From an uncultured candidate division Zixibacteria bacterium (GTDB lineage Bacteria > Zixibacteria > MSB-5A5 > UBA10806): a stretch of DNA of 64,000 nucleotides. Shown piece by piece: positions 20,416-30,606 of this stretch. Below the pieces are notes generated by a model. The model was not told the origin of the DNA, made no database searches, and worked only from the letters and a program-made list of their open reading frames with translations. The translations under genes and the position numbers were made by a program. The stretch's first letter is position 1, and each line of letters starts with the position of its first letter. Location: contig CAWFQL010000009.1 of NCBI GenBank assembly GCA_963817915.1, forward strand, positions 32,001 through 96,000, in the 5' to 3' direction.

Positions 20416-23164
20416 ATTAGCGCTGATATTATTCCTATTACCTCTTGCGATTCAGGCGCAGACGGTTTTTACGATTCAGGGGAAAATCACCGATTCATCA
20501 AATGGCCAGACTCTTCCCGGAGTTACCATTATGCTCAAAGGCACCTATTTCGGGACCTCGAGCGATGTCGATGGCAATTATAAAATTCCTAATGTCAAAG
20601 AAGGGACCTATAATCTTGAAGTAAGTTTAATAGGTTATAAGGTTGTTCAAAAAACCGGTTTTACGGTAAATTCGACCGCGAATCTTACCGTAGATTTCAA
20701 GCTCGATCCATCGGCATTGACTCTGGGCAAAGATATCGTTGTCATAGGGCAGAAGCCTTTACTCGATATCGAATCGACAGAATCGAAGAATAGAATAACA
20801 TCCAAGGAGATTGAAGCTGCGGTGGTTGAGAATGTCACAGATCTTCTCCGCAATCAATCCGGGGTAGTCGCCGAAAAAGACGAAATTCATATTCGCGGCG
20901 GCAGATCTTATGAAAATTCGTATTTGGTCGATGGCGTTTCCATTCAAGATCCATTTTCCGGCGGTACCGCGGGGCTGATGCTCAATGCAAATGCCATTGA
21001 AGAAATGGAAGTCCTTACAGGCGGGTTCAATGCGGAATTCGGGCAATCGATGTCAGGAGTCGTTCAGGTCAAGACCAAAGGCGGATCGGAGAAGCTCAAA
21101 GGGCAATTTACTTATAAAACAGATAATTTTGGCATCTTAAAATCCACAAGTTTTGATTCTGATATCGCCGAGGGATCTGTTTCTGGGCCATTGCCATTCA
21201 CAGGAAAAAAAGGATCATTCTTCCTTTCAGGTTATAGCCAGCTTTCGGATACCTATTTGCCGCACAGTCATCACCTTTATTCGTCGATATTTGGCGGTAC
21301 CAAGTTTGCGCCGCGCGGCTCCAATGACTATTCCGGAATGGCAAAGATTGTCGTGCAATTTTCCCCGACAAAGAAGCTTATATATTCAATGAATGGCTCT
21401 GCTAATATCAACCAGGGATTTTCGGCAAATGAATTCGAAAATCCAAATCCGGATTTTAACGCGTTCCCATATCAATTCGAAAATAATCTGGATAATTATA
21501 ATACAATGACAAGAATTTCAAATCAGACATCACTTACCTGGAGCCATACCACATCGCCATCGTTCTTCTACGAAGCCAGATTATCGCGATTCTTCACTCA
21601 ATTAAGAAGCGATGTCGGCGGCAAACATTGGCTTGATTATAATCAACCTGTCGATATGGTTCCGATAAATTACTTCTACACTCCAGACAGAAATCGACAT
21701 GATAGCTTGGATGAATCGTTTTATAGCGTCACGACTGGCGACGGGTTCTATGACTATGGAGATGGCGATACCTGGCATGATCACTTCTTTGAACAATATA
21801 CACTAAAATTAGACGGCTCGAAAAGTATTGGGACCAGACATCTCATTAAAACTGGTGTGGAAGAGAATCTTCAGACCATGCAAAATGTCGATATTGTCCA
21901 GCCATGGGGAGGACAAACTGGATTAGGGCTCAATCATGATATCTATCGCGTTTATCCATCATCGGGGGCCATGTATATTCAGGATAAAATTGCCTCATTC
22001 GGATTAATCGTAAATGCCGGAGTTCGATTTGATTGGTGGTTCCCTGGGAAATATGTAGATGACGCGGTGAAGGATAGTCTGATCGTCTCGCCTTCCCTGC
22101 GACAGGATTACTATAGCGAAACATTCAAATTATTCGGTCTGCATGGTAAAGGCCATATTTCTCCAAGATTGGGAATATCTCATCCGATTCTGGATAACGC
22201 CATGCTATTCTATTCTTATGGCCATTTCTCGAAGCTTCCCCAACCCCAAAGAGTTTACGCTAAATTAAATTCCATATCGCAATCGACTTACCAGCTATTC
22301 GGCAATCCCAACCTGAATCCGGAAACAACGGTTTCTTATGAAATTGGACTTCGATATGAAGTGACCACTAACGATGTTCTTACTGTCACGGCATACTACA
22401 GAGATATTTTCGATTATATTTCAGCGCTGAGAATTACTCAAACCGGCAGAACCTCCAGCCAATCTTACCTGATGTATTTTAATCTCGATTACGCCCGCAG
22501 CAGGGGAATAGAGGTTGAATACAAAAAGAGAGCCGGCAATTTCTTCACTGCCAATATTTCCGGAGCATATTCGATAGCTACCGGAAAGTCATCATCTCCA
22601 AAAGACGAACTATTAGTTGCACGCGGTCAATTGGAAGAGAAATCGATCAAGGAAAACTTTCTTTCATGGGATCGTCCTCTTAGCCTTTCGGCAGATATGA
22701 CATTCTATGCCGGCAAAAACGATCACTATAAAATCTTTGGCGTTACGCTGCCAGCCGATTGGGACTTTTACTTCAGGATGTTCTTCCAGTCTGGAAAAAG
22801 ATACACTACTTATACCAAAATTGAGAGAATTGGCCAGCAGACTCAATACGTGGCGGATAATAAAAATCCTTACTCGGCAGTAGCTCAAAATTGGCAAATG
22901 GTAGATTTTAGCTTCAAGAAATATTTCAGAGTGCAAGGATTGAAGGTGGCAGTATTTACTGAAATTTCAAATCTCTTCAATGCCAAAAATTCTGATATTA
23001 TTAATCCATTAACTGGCAAGGCGTACAAATACGGAGATCCTGTTTTAGACACCTGGAATAATCCTTTGCATCCGGATCCATCTCCTACTACTCCGTTCCC
23101 ATTCAATCCGGCGCGATATCTTGCTCCGAGAAATATTAAGTTAGGAGTATCGTTGCAATGGTGA
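20399..23164 (+). CDS. TonB-dependent receptor (carboxypeptidase-like N-domain, plug, barrel)
   Basis: IQGKITDS...LPGVTI, IHIRGGR, LTGGFNAEFGQSMSGVV, ISPRLG, GNPNLNPETTVSYEIG and a C-terminal PRNIKLGVSLQW. Confidence 0.93.
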   Translation: MIRVCRLALILFLLPLAIQAQTVFTIQGKITDSSNGQTLPGVTIMLKGTYFGTSSDVDGNYKIPNVKEGTYNLEVSLIGYKVVQKTGFTVNSTANLTVDFKLDPSALTLGKDIVVIGQKPLLDIESTESKNRITSKEIEAAVVENVTDLLRNQSGVVAEKDEIHIRGGRSYENSYLVDGVSIQDPFSGGTAGLMLNANAIEEMEVLTGGFNAEFGQSMSGVVQVKTKGGSEKLKGQFTYKTDNFGILKSTSFDSDIAEGSVSGPLPFTGKKGSFFLSGYSQLSDTYLPHSHHLYSSIFGGTKFAPRGSNDYSGMAKIVVQFSPTKKLIYSMNGSANINQGFSANEFENPNPDFNAFPYQFENNLDNYNTMTRISNQTSLTWSHTTSPSFFYEARLSRFFTQLRSDVGGKHWLDYNQPVDMVPINYFYTPDRNRHDSLDESFYSVTTGDGFYDYGDGDTWHDHFFEQYTLKLDGSKSIGTRHLIKTGVEENLQTMQNVDIVQPWGGQTGLGLNHDIYRVYPSSGAMYIQDKIASFGLIVNAGVRFDWWFPGKYVDDAVKDSLIVSPSLRQDYYSETFKLFGLHGKGHISPRLGISHPILDNAMLFYSYGHFSKLPQPQRVYAKLNSISQSTYQLFGNPNLNPETTVSYEIGLRYEVTTNDVLTVTAYYRDIFDYISALRITQTGRTSSQSYLMYFNLDYARSRGIEVEYKKRAGNFFTANISGAYSIATGKSSSPKDELLVARGQLEEKSIKENFLSWDRPLSLSADMTFYAGKNDHYKIFGVTLPADWDFYFRMFFQSGKRYTTYTKIERIGQQTQYVADNKNPYSAVAQNWQMVDFSFKKYFRVQGLKVAVFTEISNLFNAKNSDIINPLTGKAYKYGDPVLDTWNNPLHPDPSPTTPFPFNPARYLAPRNIKLGVSLQW

Positions 23165-23166
23165 AA

Positions 23167-24159
23167 ATGATAAAGAGATTAGGCGTCGCGTTGATCATTA
23201 TTGAGATATGTTTTTCGCATTCCGCTAATTCGTGGAATATTTTCCCCAAGCTCGGAGATGAAAGAGCGGGGACAGCATCAATGCAGTTTTTGAAGCTCGG
23301 GGCAGGAGCCAAGGCGGCCGCCATGGGCAACTCAGTTGCGGCTCTGGCAGACGATGGCTTCAACCTATATTGGAACCCGGCGGGATTGGTATGGTCTGAA
23401 AAGAGGCAGTTGGCACTTTCTCATAATTTCTGGGTAGTCGATCTCAGCTACGATTTTGTGGGCTATAGTATGAAATTAGGCGAAGATCAGGCTATCGGAG
23501 CGTCATTTATATATTTAGGCTCGCCGGATATGAATGTTACAGATGAGTACCATCCTTATGGAACCGGAGAAAAATTCGGGTATGCGGATCTTGCTTTTGG
23601 GCTGAGCTTCTCGCAAAGATTGACCGATTATTTTTCATTTGGCGCTACCGTTAAATATGCTCAAGAAAATATCGAAAATCTCAAGATGAGCGGTGTGATG
23701 TTGGATTTGGGCACATATTATCAAACAAGCTTCAGGGGCACTCGTTTTGCGGTTACTTTGTCGAATTTCGGCCAGCAGGTGAAGCCCGGCGGAAGCTATG
23801 AATATATAAATCCGACCGGTGAGGTTATCACAAAAAGCTACCAGTCCTTTTCGCCACCGACGATATTTCGTATCGGACTGGCTACTGATATCTGGAGCTC
23901 GGACCGCGACAAATGGCAGGCGACCTTCCAGCTTGATCACCCAACTGATAATGCCGAAGCGTTATCCGTAGGCACAGAATATGCCTTTAGCAGAAGCATG
24001 TTTTTCCGCGGCGGTTATAAATTCAGCAACGATACCCAGAGCTATTCTCTGGGAGTCGGTTTGGCCCTGGATGTCATCAAGAGCCGTCTTGATTACGCGT
24101 TTTGCTCTGTCGGTAATTTAGGGTCGTCAAATATCTTTTCATTCCATTGGAGTTTTTGA
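23167..24159 (+). CDS. PorV/PorQ-family (UPF0164) outer-membrane beta-barrel
   Basis: GTASMQFLKLGAGAKAAAMG, LYWNPAGL, PTIFRIG, FFRGGY, RLDYAF and a terminal aromatic residue. Confidence 0.88.
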   Translation: MIKRLGVALIIIEICFSHSANSWNIFPKLGDERAGTASMQFLKLGAGAKAAAMGNSVAALADDGFNLYWNPAGLVWSEKRQLALSHNFWVVDLSYDFVGYSMKLGEDQAIGASFIYLGSPDMNVTDEYHPYGTGEKFGYADLAFGLSFSQRLTDYFSFGATVKYAQENIENLKMSGVMLDLGTYYQTSFRGTRFAVTLSNFGQQVKPGGSYEYINPTGEVITKSYQSFSPPTIFRIGLATDIWSSDRDKWQATFQLDHPTDNAEALSVGTEYAFSRSMFFRGGYKFSNDTQSYSLGVGLALDVIKSRLDYAFCSVGNLGSSNIFSFHWSF

Positions 24160-25307
24160 TGAAGCGATTAATATTATTACTTGCTGGAATACTGGTAACT
24201 ATACTGATTATATATTCATGCGGCGAAAAAATTAAAATGCCGACAGAAGTTCCACCGTCAGGAAATTTAGGTGATACGCTTTATTTGATGCTTAACCCTC
24301 CATGGGATGCGCAGCGAGGATATACATTCTCAAAGCCAACAGCGCTTTATTTTGGCAAAGATACTTATCTATATATTGCCGATACCGACAACAACCGCAT
24401 TGTTCAGAGCGATGCGGCGGGGACAATCCGCGCGATAATACCGATTAATCATCCTATATCGGTATCGCAGGATGAATTGATGAGACTTCTGGTGGTCACA
24501 GGGGAGAAGAGGGTTTATAAGATTGACATGGGCCCCGGAGGCGATCAGACGCCGGTCATTGCTTTCGATTATTACTCGACCGCCTATCCCGATACTCATG
24601 CGATTTTTTATAAACACCGAACAATGATTAATGAGAATGACAGATTTACTTCTATCACCGATATTCCGGCTAATGACAAAAGCTATTTCGTTGCTGTTTC
24701 ATCATCACTTGATAGTGTTAATAACGGTCGAATAATGTGGTTTTGGGGTTCATCTGAAAGAACCCAGTATACCGACTCGCTCTATGATTCAAAATTCACC
24801 AATGCGGTATTAGATTCATTTACCAACCCCATAGTTATTACCGGAAATGGTATCACGACTACTACTCATCCAAATTCGATTTATGCCTATGATTTATCAG
24901 GCACGACTCACATGATAGTCTGCCAGGACACTGGGAGCTATCCGGTTCATGATATGAAATTTGAACGTCAGCCGTGGGACCAGCATTGGGTATTCAATTT
25001 TACACATGCCCCCGGTCAGGACATAATCAAAAATGGCGTATTTGACCACCCCAGAGCGGCTACCGCGGACCTGCAAGGAAATATCTATGTGGTCGATTCA
25101 GGGCCCAATCGTACTTGCGGCGTATTTAAATTTTCCAGAAATGGTGTTTTGCTGAACACGTTTTGCGAGCCCGATAGCACAGATCGTTTCAATTCGCCGT
25201 CCGGCATCAGCTACGATATTTACGGCGACAGACGAACTGTCTACGTCGCGGATACCGATAGCAATCGAGTGCTCCGTTTCAAGCTCTCGACCGATATAGA
25301 GCATTAA
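24159..25307 (+). CDS. Lipoprotein with NHL-repeat beta-propeller
   Basis: Lipobox IIYSC; YIADTDNNRIV, FDHPRAATADLQGNIYVVD and FNSPSGI...VYVADTDSNRVLRF. ATG overlaps the PorV stop (TGATG). Confidence 0.8.
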   Translation: MKRLILLLAGILVTILIIYSCGEKIKMPTEVPPSGNLGDTLYLMLNPPWDAQRGYTFSKPTALYFGKDTYLYIADTDNNRIVQSDAAGTIRAIIPINHPISVSQDELMRLLVVTGEKRVYKIDMGPGGDQTPVIAFDYYSTAYPDTHAIFYKHRTMINENDRFTSITDIPANDKSYFVAVSSSLDSVNNGRIMWFWGSSERTQYTDSLYDSKFTNAVLDSFTNPIVITGNGITTTTHPNSIYAYDLSGTTHMIVCQDTGSYPVHDMKFERQPWDQHWVFNFTHAPGQDIIKNGVFDHPRAATADLQGNIYVVDSGPNRTCGVFKFSRNGVLLNTFCEPDSTDRFNSPSGISYDIYGDRRTVYVADTDSNRVLRFKLSTDIEH

Positions 25308-25842
25308 TACTGCAAAAGCGCGAAAATTCGTAAATAATTGACGCCTTTAATGGCCGCTCGCCTCCGCCAGGCAAACTTAAACCACTTCAAAGGTATTAAA
25401 TTCCATTTATAAAAACAGTATACAGCTTGTCATAATCCTAAATTGATTCCTAACGCGTTATTATATATATAATTGTATTCTCCATAGTAAAAGACACTGC
25501 GAAAAAAGGCTACAATTGACAAGTAAAATTATCTTAATAGTAATGATAATCGAATTGAATATCATTGTTGTTTATTAAATAGGCCTACAATGCATTGATC
25601 ACGTTGTTCCCGCTTGACTAGATCCGAGAAATCCCGAATAATTGATTCACGAGATAGGACGCTTCTTCTGTCTCCGTTGAAATAAGTCAAAATAATTGAT
25701 TTGGGGCAATTATCAAGACATCAGTGTTCTGCGCAACGCCTTATTTAACATCAATCATTAGTATCAGGTTGTTGAATGATCTTTAGTTTTATTGGATCGC
25801 GTTTTTGCGAAATTGGTTCAAACGGCTCAAGGAGGGTTTTGC

Positions 25843-26523
25843 ATGTCGTTGGACAACAGAGCTGTCATTATGGTTATCATTTCGATTTTTCTATGGAGTT
25901 CTGTATCGATAGGAGAGACTCCCAAGAAAGAAGCTGACCAGGGGGTCAATGTCGGACTTCGGGGCGACGATGGCACCAGGATCCTGGTTCAGGGCTCGGT
26001 GATACTTTTCTGGACCGCGCCTGGGGACGATGGGGATGTTGGCAGGGCGACTGGCTATGATATGCGCTATTTGCCTCAGGGCTATGGTCCGATCAATTCT
26101 GATGTTTTATGGGATTTCGCTACTCAGGCTACAGGTGAACCTATCCCATCTATGTCAGGTCAAACTGATTCAATGATTATTTTCAATCTGACTCCGGGCG
26201 AGCCATATTATTTCTGCATTAAAGCATATGACGACGCCAATAATTTTTCGGGACTTTCGAATTCACCTTTAGTCTATGCTTCTGTTGACACCAACTCAGG
26301 TGATTTTATTCCCGGAGACGTAAATAACGATAATTTAGTCAATGGCAACGACGTAATATTCTTGGTGCATTATTTTGAAGGCGATAACGATATACCCGAT
26401 CCCTTTCTGCGCGGCGATGCCAATGGTTCTTGCGCAGTCAATGGCCTGGATGTCATTTATTTGGTCAATTATTTTCGTGGTGCTGAGCCGCCATTCAGGG
26501 GCAATTGCAAACAGAACTTTTGA
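25843..26523 (+). CDS. Secreted FN3 + dockerin protein
   Basis: GGAGG RBS; LFWTAPGDDGDVGRATGYDMRY...YYFCIKAYDDANNFSGLSN; dockerin PGDVNNDNLVNGNDVIFLVHYF...GDANGSCAVNGLDVIYLVNYF. Confidence 0.82.
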   Translation: MSLDNRAVIMVIISIFLWSSVSIGETPKKEADQGVNVGLRGDDGTRILVQGSVILFWTAPGDDGDVGRATGYDMRYLPQGYGPINSDVLWDFATQATGEPIPSMSGQTDSMIIFNLTPGEPYYFCIKAYDDANNFSGLSNSPLVYASVDTNSGDFIPGDVNNDNLVNGNDVIFLVHYFEGDNDIPDPFLRGDANGSCAVNGLDVIYLVNYFRGAEPPFRGNCKQNF

Positions 26524-26640
26524 TTTTAGGATCTAAATTGTCCCTATATCCCCGTTATTCTGAATAAGCCTGATAATTCCATATGCTCTGTGTGCATAAT
26601 ATTGCGCATATAATAATGAGATATCTTTATATTGTTAAAC

Positions 26641-26667
26641 CAAAAAAACAATTAATTATGCCGATAT
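26641..26667 (+). promoter_or_regulatory. Putative sigma28 (FliA) promoter
   Basis: CAAA-N15-GCCGATAT versus the consensus TAAA-N15-GCCGATAA, upstream of a FapA-family gene. Confidence 0.5.
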
Positions 26668-26771
26668 AATATTTGGGGGTATCCATGACATAGGGGTGGG
26701 GTGAATTTATAAGTATTATTTACTTATTAAGTTTGTCGGAGGCAATCTACTCTAGCAGCAAATAGACCATT

Positions 26772-28145
26772 ATGACCTCATTTAAAGTAAGAACAGAAAA
26801 CAAAAAGCTGGACGCCTTTATTGTCATTAATCCCGATCCCAAGGCGCCTGTGGTCGATTTCGTAGCCGTATATGAATATCTCAAGGGAATCGGAATTGTC
26901 TATGGCATAGATGAGCAGGCCATAAAAGACGCAATCGAAACATCACGATGGGGAGTCGAATTTAAGGTAGCGTCGGGGCGAGCCCCGGTAAACGGTAAAG
27001 ATGGCGCGGTAGAGTATCTTTTCGAAACTAGTCCCACATTTGCCCCAAAGATCAAATCAGATGGCACAGTTGACTATCACGACCTGAATATAAATCAGAA
27101 TGTTGCCAAGGATCAGCAATTGGCCCGACTTATCGGCCCCAAAGAAGGGGAAGTTGGAATGGATGTTTTTGGCAGTCCCATAGCTCCCACCAAAGGCAAA
27201 CTTGCCAGAATCGTAAAGGGCATCAATACCAGTTTCATGGATGAAAATAAAACCATTCTGAAGGCCGATGCTGAGGGCAATGTTAAATTGCGCCCGGGCG
27301 GAGCAGTTGAAGTAGAAACATCATTCAAAATAGAAAACGATATCGATTACTCAACCGGAAATATCGATACGCATGGCGACCTGGCAATAAGAGGCAGAAT
27401 AAAAGCCGGGTTCAGAGTAAGAGCTTCCGGCGATATCGAAATAGGCGGCGAGGCTGAAGACGCTGTAATCGAAGCAGGTGGCAATGTCATAATCAAGGGC
27501 GGATATATGGGCGAGGGTAAGGGAGGTATTACCGCGGGCGGCAATGTCATTGTAAAATTTGTTCATCGTCAAACTATAAGAGCCAAGGGTGATATTCGTG
27601 TTTACGAGGAGTCCATTCAGGCAAACCTCTATGCCGACGGTAATATACTTGTTCGCGACGGTAAGGGTGTCATCATGGGTGGCACTGTTCACTCCGGCAA
27701 ATGCATTGAAGCGAACATAATCGGAAATGATCATTACGTAAAGACTGAGGTTGTTGCGGGTGAAAAACCGAGCCTCATGGAGAAGATCGATCAATTGCGC
27801 AAAGAAGTTGCCGAATTGAATGGCAATTTAACCGAGATAGAGAACAAAATATGCAAAATGATGGAAGTGAAGACTCAGGACGGGCTTTCCGAAGCCGCGG
27901 AAAGGACCTTCCGAAAAATGGATAAATTGTCGGCAGATATTCAAGCTACCAGAGATTCTAAGACACAAGTCCTCGATACGGCAGAGGCCGAGCTTAGAGA
28001 GCTTAAGCAAAAATCATTTATCAAAATCTACAACAAAGTATATCCCGGCACTATGCTGAAAATCGCCGGCCATGGAAAAGTAATAGAAGACGAAGGCGGA
28101 CCGTACACTTTCAGAATAATAAAAAATGAGATAGCCTCAGTTTAG
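26772..28145 (+). CDS. FapA / DUF342 family protein (flagellar assembly protein A)
   Basis: GIVYGIDE, VASGRAPVNGKDG, DGTVDYHDLN, IDYSTGNID, beta-helix repeats, a coiled coil, and KVYPGT near the C-terminus. Confidence 0.9.
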   Translation: MTSFKVRTENKKLDAFIVINPDPKAPVVDFVAVYEYLKGIGIVYGIDEQAIKDAIETSRWGVEFKVASGRAPVNGKDGAVEYLFETSPTFAPKIKSDGTVDYHDLNINQNVAKDQQLARLIGPKEGEVGMDVFGSPIAPTKGKLARIVKGINTSFMDENKTILKADAEGNVKLRPGGAVEVETSFKIENDIDYSTGNIDTHGDLAIRGRIKAGFRVRASGDIEIGGEAEDAVIEAGGNVIIKGGYMGEGKGGITAGGNVIVKFVHRQTIRAKGDIRVYEESIQANLYADGNILVRDGKGVIMGGTVHSGKCIEANIIGNDHYVKTEVVAGEKPSLMEKIDQLRKEVAELNGNLTEIENKICKMMEVKTQDGLSEAAERTFRKMDKLSADIQATRDSKTQVLDTAEAELRELKQKSFIKIYNKVYPGTMLKIAGHGKVIEDEGGPYTFRIIKNEIASV

Positions 28146-28207
28146 GCCAAATCAAATTCCGAATTATATAAGCAATCAAATCCCAAAATTTTCTATAATA
28201 AAAAAAG

Positions 28208-28282
28208 GGTGGGAGATGGGATTCGAACCCACGACCACCAGGGCCACAACCTGATGCTCTAACCAGCTGAGCTACACCCACC
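28208..28282 (-). tRNA. tRNA-His (GUG), G-1 encoded, CCA not encoded
   Basis: Minus strand (G)GTGGGTGTAGCTCAGCTGGTTAGAGCATCAGGTTGTGGCCCTGGTGGTCGTGGGTTCGAATCCCATCTCCCACC; anticodon GTG, TTCGA T-loop, followed by a T-run. Confidence 0.96.
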
Positions 28283-28300
28283 ACGTATTTCCAGTCACAG

Positions 28301-28329
28301 ATAATATCGACCCATCGGTTTATTGTCAA
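28301..28329 (-). promoter_or_regulatory. Sigma70 promoter of tRNA-His
   Basis: TTGACA-N17-TATTAT about 20 nt upstream of the tRNA. Confidence 0.75.
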
Positions 28330-28516
28330 TAGATTTGTCATCAAAAAACCGTTACTCGGACTGACCCTATCTCTGTAGGAAAATCCCCATAGTTTTATCT
28401 CCAAAATGATAATACTAGAGATTATCGGCTATTTAGTTGGCGAATTGCATTCCCGTAAGTGATTGGACATTAGCGCGTTACGGCAGTCGGTTCAATCTGC
28501 ACCTCAAGTTGAATGA

Positions 28517-28533
28517 TAGGCATATTGATTGCA
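28517..28533 (+). promoter_or_regulatory. Putative sigma54 (-24/-12) promoter
   Basis: TAGGCAT-ATTGA-TTGCA has exact GG-N10-GC spacing, about 40 nt before ATG 28574. Confidence 0.55.
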
Positions 28534-28573
28534 AATTCATTAATGCAAATTGCCTAAAATCAAGGAGGGGAAT

Positions 28574-30598
28574 ATGTTTTTGCCAGAAATCAAACGAGCG
28601 AAATCATTAATAACGATCATGATTTTGCCCGTAATATTAGTCGTCATTACGACCGGTTGTAGTGTCAAAAAACCGCAGAGTCCGACATGGATAACCACAT
28701 GGGAAATCCCAATGACAAACAAGGTCTTCGAAATTTCTAATTTGTTGGATAAGATCGACAGCACCAATATTGTCTACGATGCCCAGGGCAATCCCGGATT
28801 CAATATTACCCAGAATTTTGACACGATCATGGTCGGAAATAGCCTCAGTGTTAATGGGATTTCGGTGGGCATTCACGATTCGATTGGAGTGGTTAATATC
28901 GATGCTCCAGCCGACGCCAACGCCACTACTAATTTGGGCGATCTTCTGCCGGTGTCGTTTGGAGTAGTGCCGCCTGCCTCTTTTAGTTTTAATCAGGCGT
29001 TACCCGCGCTCGATAAATTCAGCTGGATTGAGGCGCAAAGCGGCAACATGTCGCTTTCATTCTATAATGGCCTCGGTGTAGCCCTGGATTCGTTTAGAGT
29101 TACATTAATCGATCTGGCTGATATGCATACAGTGGGTGTCGCGGATTACCAGGGTCTGGCTAATCTTGAAACCAAGACTCAATCGATAGATATTTCGGGT
29201 CAGAGAATTTCCAATAATATAAGAATGGATTTCAGCGGCCATTGTCCCGGAGGCGTAGTCGTAGGATCGGCTCCGTATTTATTGAATGCGACAATGTCAT
29301 TTCCTGCTACGATAGCCGTAACTTCTGCCCGGGCCGAGGTTCCTGCATTTACGAAGACGCAATCGCAGGTGAGTTTCCTTAACGATTCTACATTGGTTGA
29401 TTCGGCTATTATAGCATCAGGATCATTACAATTGAATATCTCCAACTTCACTCAACTGCAATTTACCGTAGATATTCATTCGGCCAATTTCAGATATTTA
29501 GGCGCGGACCTCAATGTTGTTCGTCCTGTCGGGCCTGACAGCAGCGTACTGGTTAATATCGATCTCGCCGGATATCAATTTTTGCCGCTGGACAGCACTA
29601 CGTCGCAATACGTGCTTGTCGAATTGACAGCGGATATTCCCGGCTCGGCGCCATCTCAATATACTATAAATGCCAATGACAGCCTTGGTGTTAATGTTGA
29701 TCTTTCGCAGATCGATTTTTCGGCAGTCACTGGAAAAGTCGCACCTACGGTTATAGCCATCGCGCCAATTCAGCAAAATATTGATATACCAAACGGCTTG
29801 GATCAAGCTCAATTGACTCAGGCAATTTTCAATCTTAATCTCTTTAACAATAGTACCGTACCTGCGAATGTCGATTTGACGGTTTCAGGCAACGGTAAAA
29901 ATATATCGGTTTCCGGTTTGGTTGAGGGAAAATCAACACCATTGTCGGCGGCGGCTCAGACTATTTTGAGCGTCCCGTCTTCGGAGCTTTCCAATTTCCT
30001 TAATCCGCCGCCTGCACAAATTACAATTTCGGGCCAGGCAATAATAAATCCTGATTACGGTATCACGACTGTCACGAACAATGACTTCTTCTATGGCGAA
30101 GTCGAAATCAGTTCGCCGTTCGCGATGGCGATACTCGATACTATTGGTGTCGATCTCGATATTCAGAAAACCAATATTGACTCCAAATCGCGCCCGGAAA
30201 ATTTCCAGGAGACAGTCAAATATGGTACATTTGAAGCGAATATAGAAAACCATCTGCCTCTGGGTACTTCGTTGACAGTCTTTATCGGCATAGCTGGAGA
30301 TTCGACATTATACACCAGCGATTCAACATTGGTACTTGGTCCTTATATATTGGCTCCCGGTATCACTGATTCATTGGGTCGAGTAGCCCAATCGATAAAT
30401 TCGATTATTTCGGATTCGCTTGGAAGCGACCAGCTTCGAATCTTCGATCATGATTCGGTATTTATCGGTCAGCAGATAGATCTCTTGCCAACCGATTCAA
30501 TTGGCATTTTGGTCACAGGCACCGATTATGTGAGAATCATCGCCAACACCAGGATTCAATTACAGTTGGGCGACAACATGTGGAATAAAGGAAATTAG
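28574..30598 (+). CDS. Large beta-rich lipoprotein of unknown function
   Basis: GGAGGGG RBS, a hydrophobic stretch, then lipobox ITTGC followed by PQSPTWITTWEIP; beta-strand-rich body. Confidence 0.7.
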   Translation: MFLPEIKRAKSLITIMILPVILVVITTGCSVKKPQSPTWITTWEIPMTNKVFEISNLLDKIDSTNIVYDAQGNPGFNITQNFDTIMVGNSLSVNGISVGIHDSIGVVNIDAPADANATTNLGDLLPVSFGVVPPASFSFNQALPALDKFSWIEAQSGNMSLSFYNGLGVALDSFRVTLIDLADMHTVGVADYQGLANLETKTQSIDISGQRISNNIRMDFSGHCPGGVVVGSAPYLLNATMSFPATIAVTSARAEVPAFTKTQSQVSFLNDSTLVDSAIIASGSLQLNISNFTQLQFTVDIHSANFRYLGADLNVVRPVGPDSSVLVNIDLAGYQFLPLDSTTSQYVLVELTADIPGSAPSQYTINANDSLGVNVDLSQIDFSAVTGKVAPTVIAIAPIQQNIDIPNGLDQAQLTQAIFNLNLFNNSTVPANVDLTVSGNGKNISVSGLVEGKSTPLSAAAQTILSVPSSELSNFLNPPPAQITISGQAIINPDYGITTVTNNDFFYGEVEISSPFAMAILDTIGVDLDIQKTNIDSKSRPENFQETVKYGTFEANIENHLPLGTSLTVFIGIAGDSTLYTSDSTLVLGPYILAPGITDSLGRVAQSINSIISDSLGSDQLRIFDHDSVFIGQQIDLLPTDSIGILVTGTDYVRIIANTRIQLQLGDNMWNKGN

Positions 30599-30606
30599 GA
30601 GGGGCT

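Noticed and set aside
25792..25809. Sigma54-like TGGATC...TTGC upstream of the FN3-dockerin gene
   Set aside because: The GG-to-GC spacing is 11 nt, not the required 10.
28146..28300. tRNA-His as an integration site for an island or prophage
   Set aside because: No integrase and no duplicated tRNA 3' end (att) was seen in the window.
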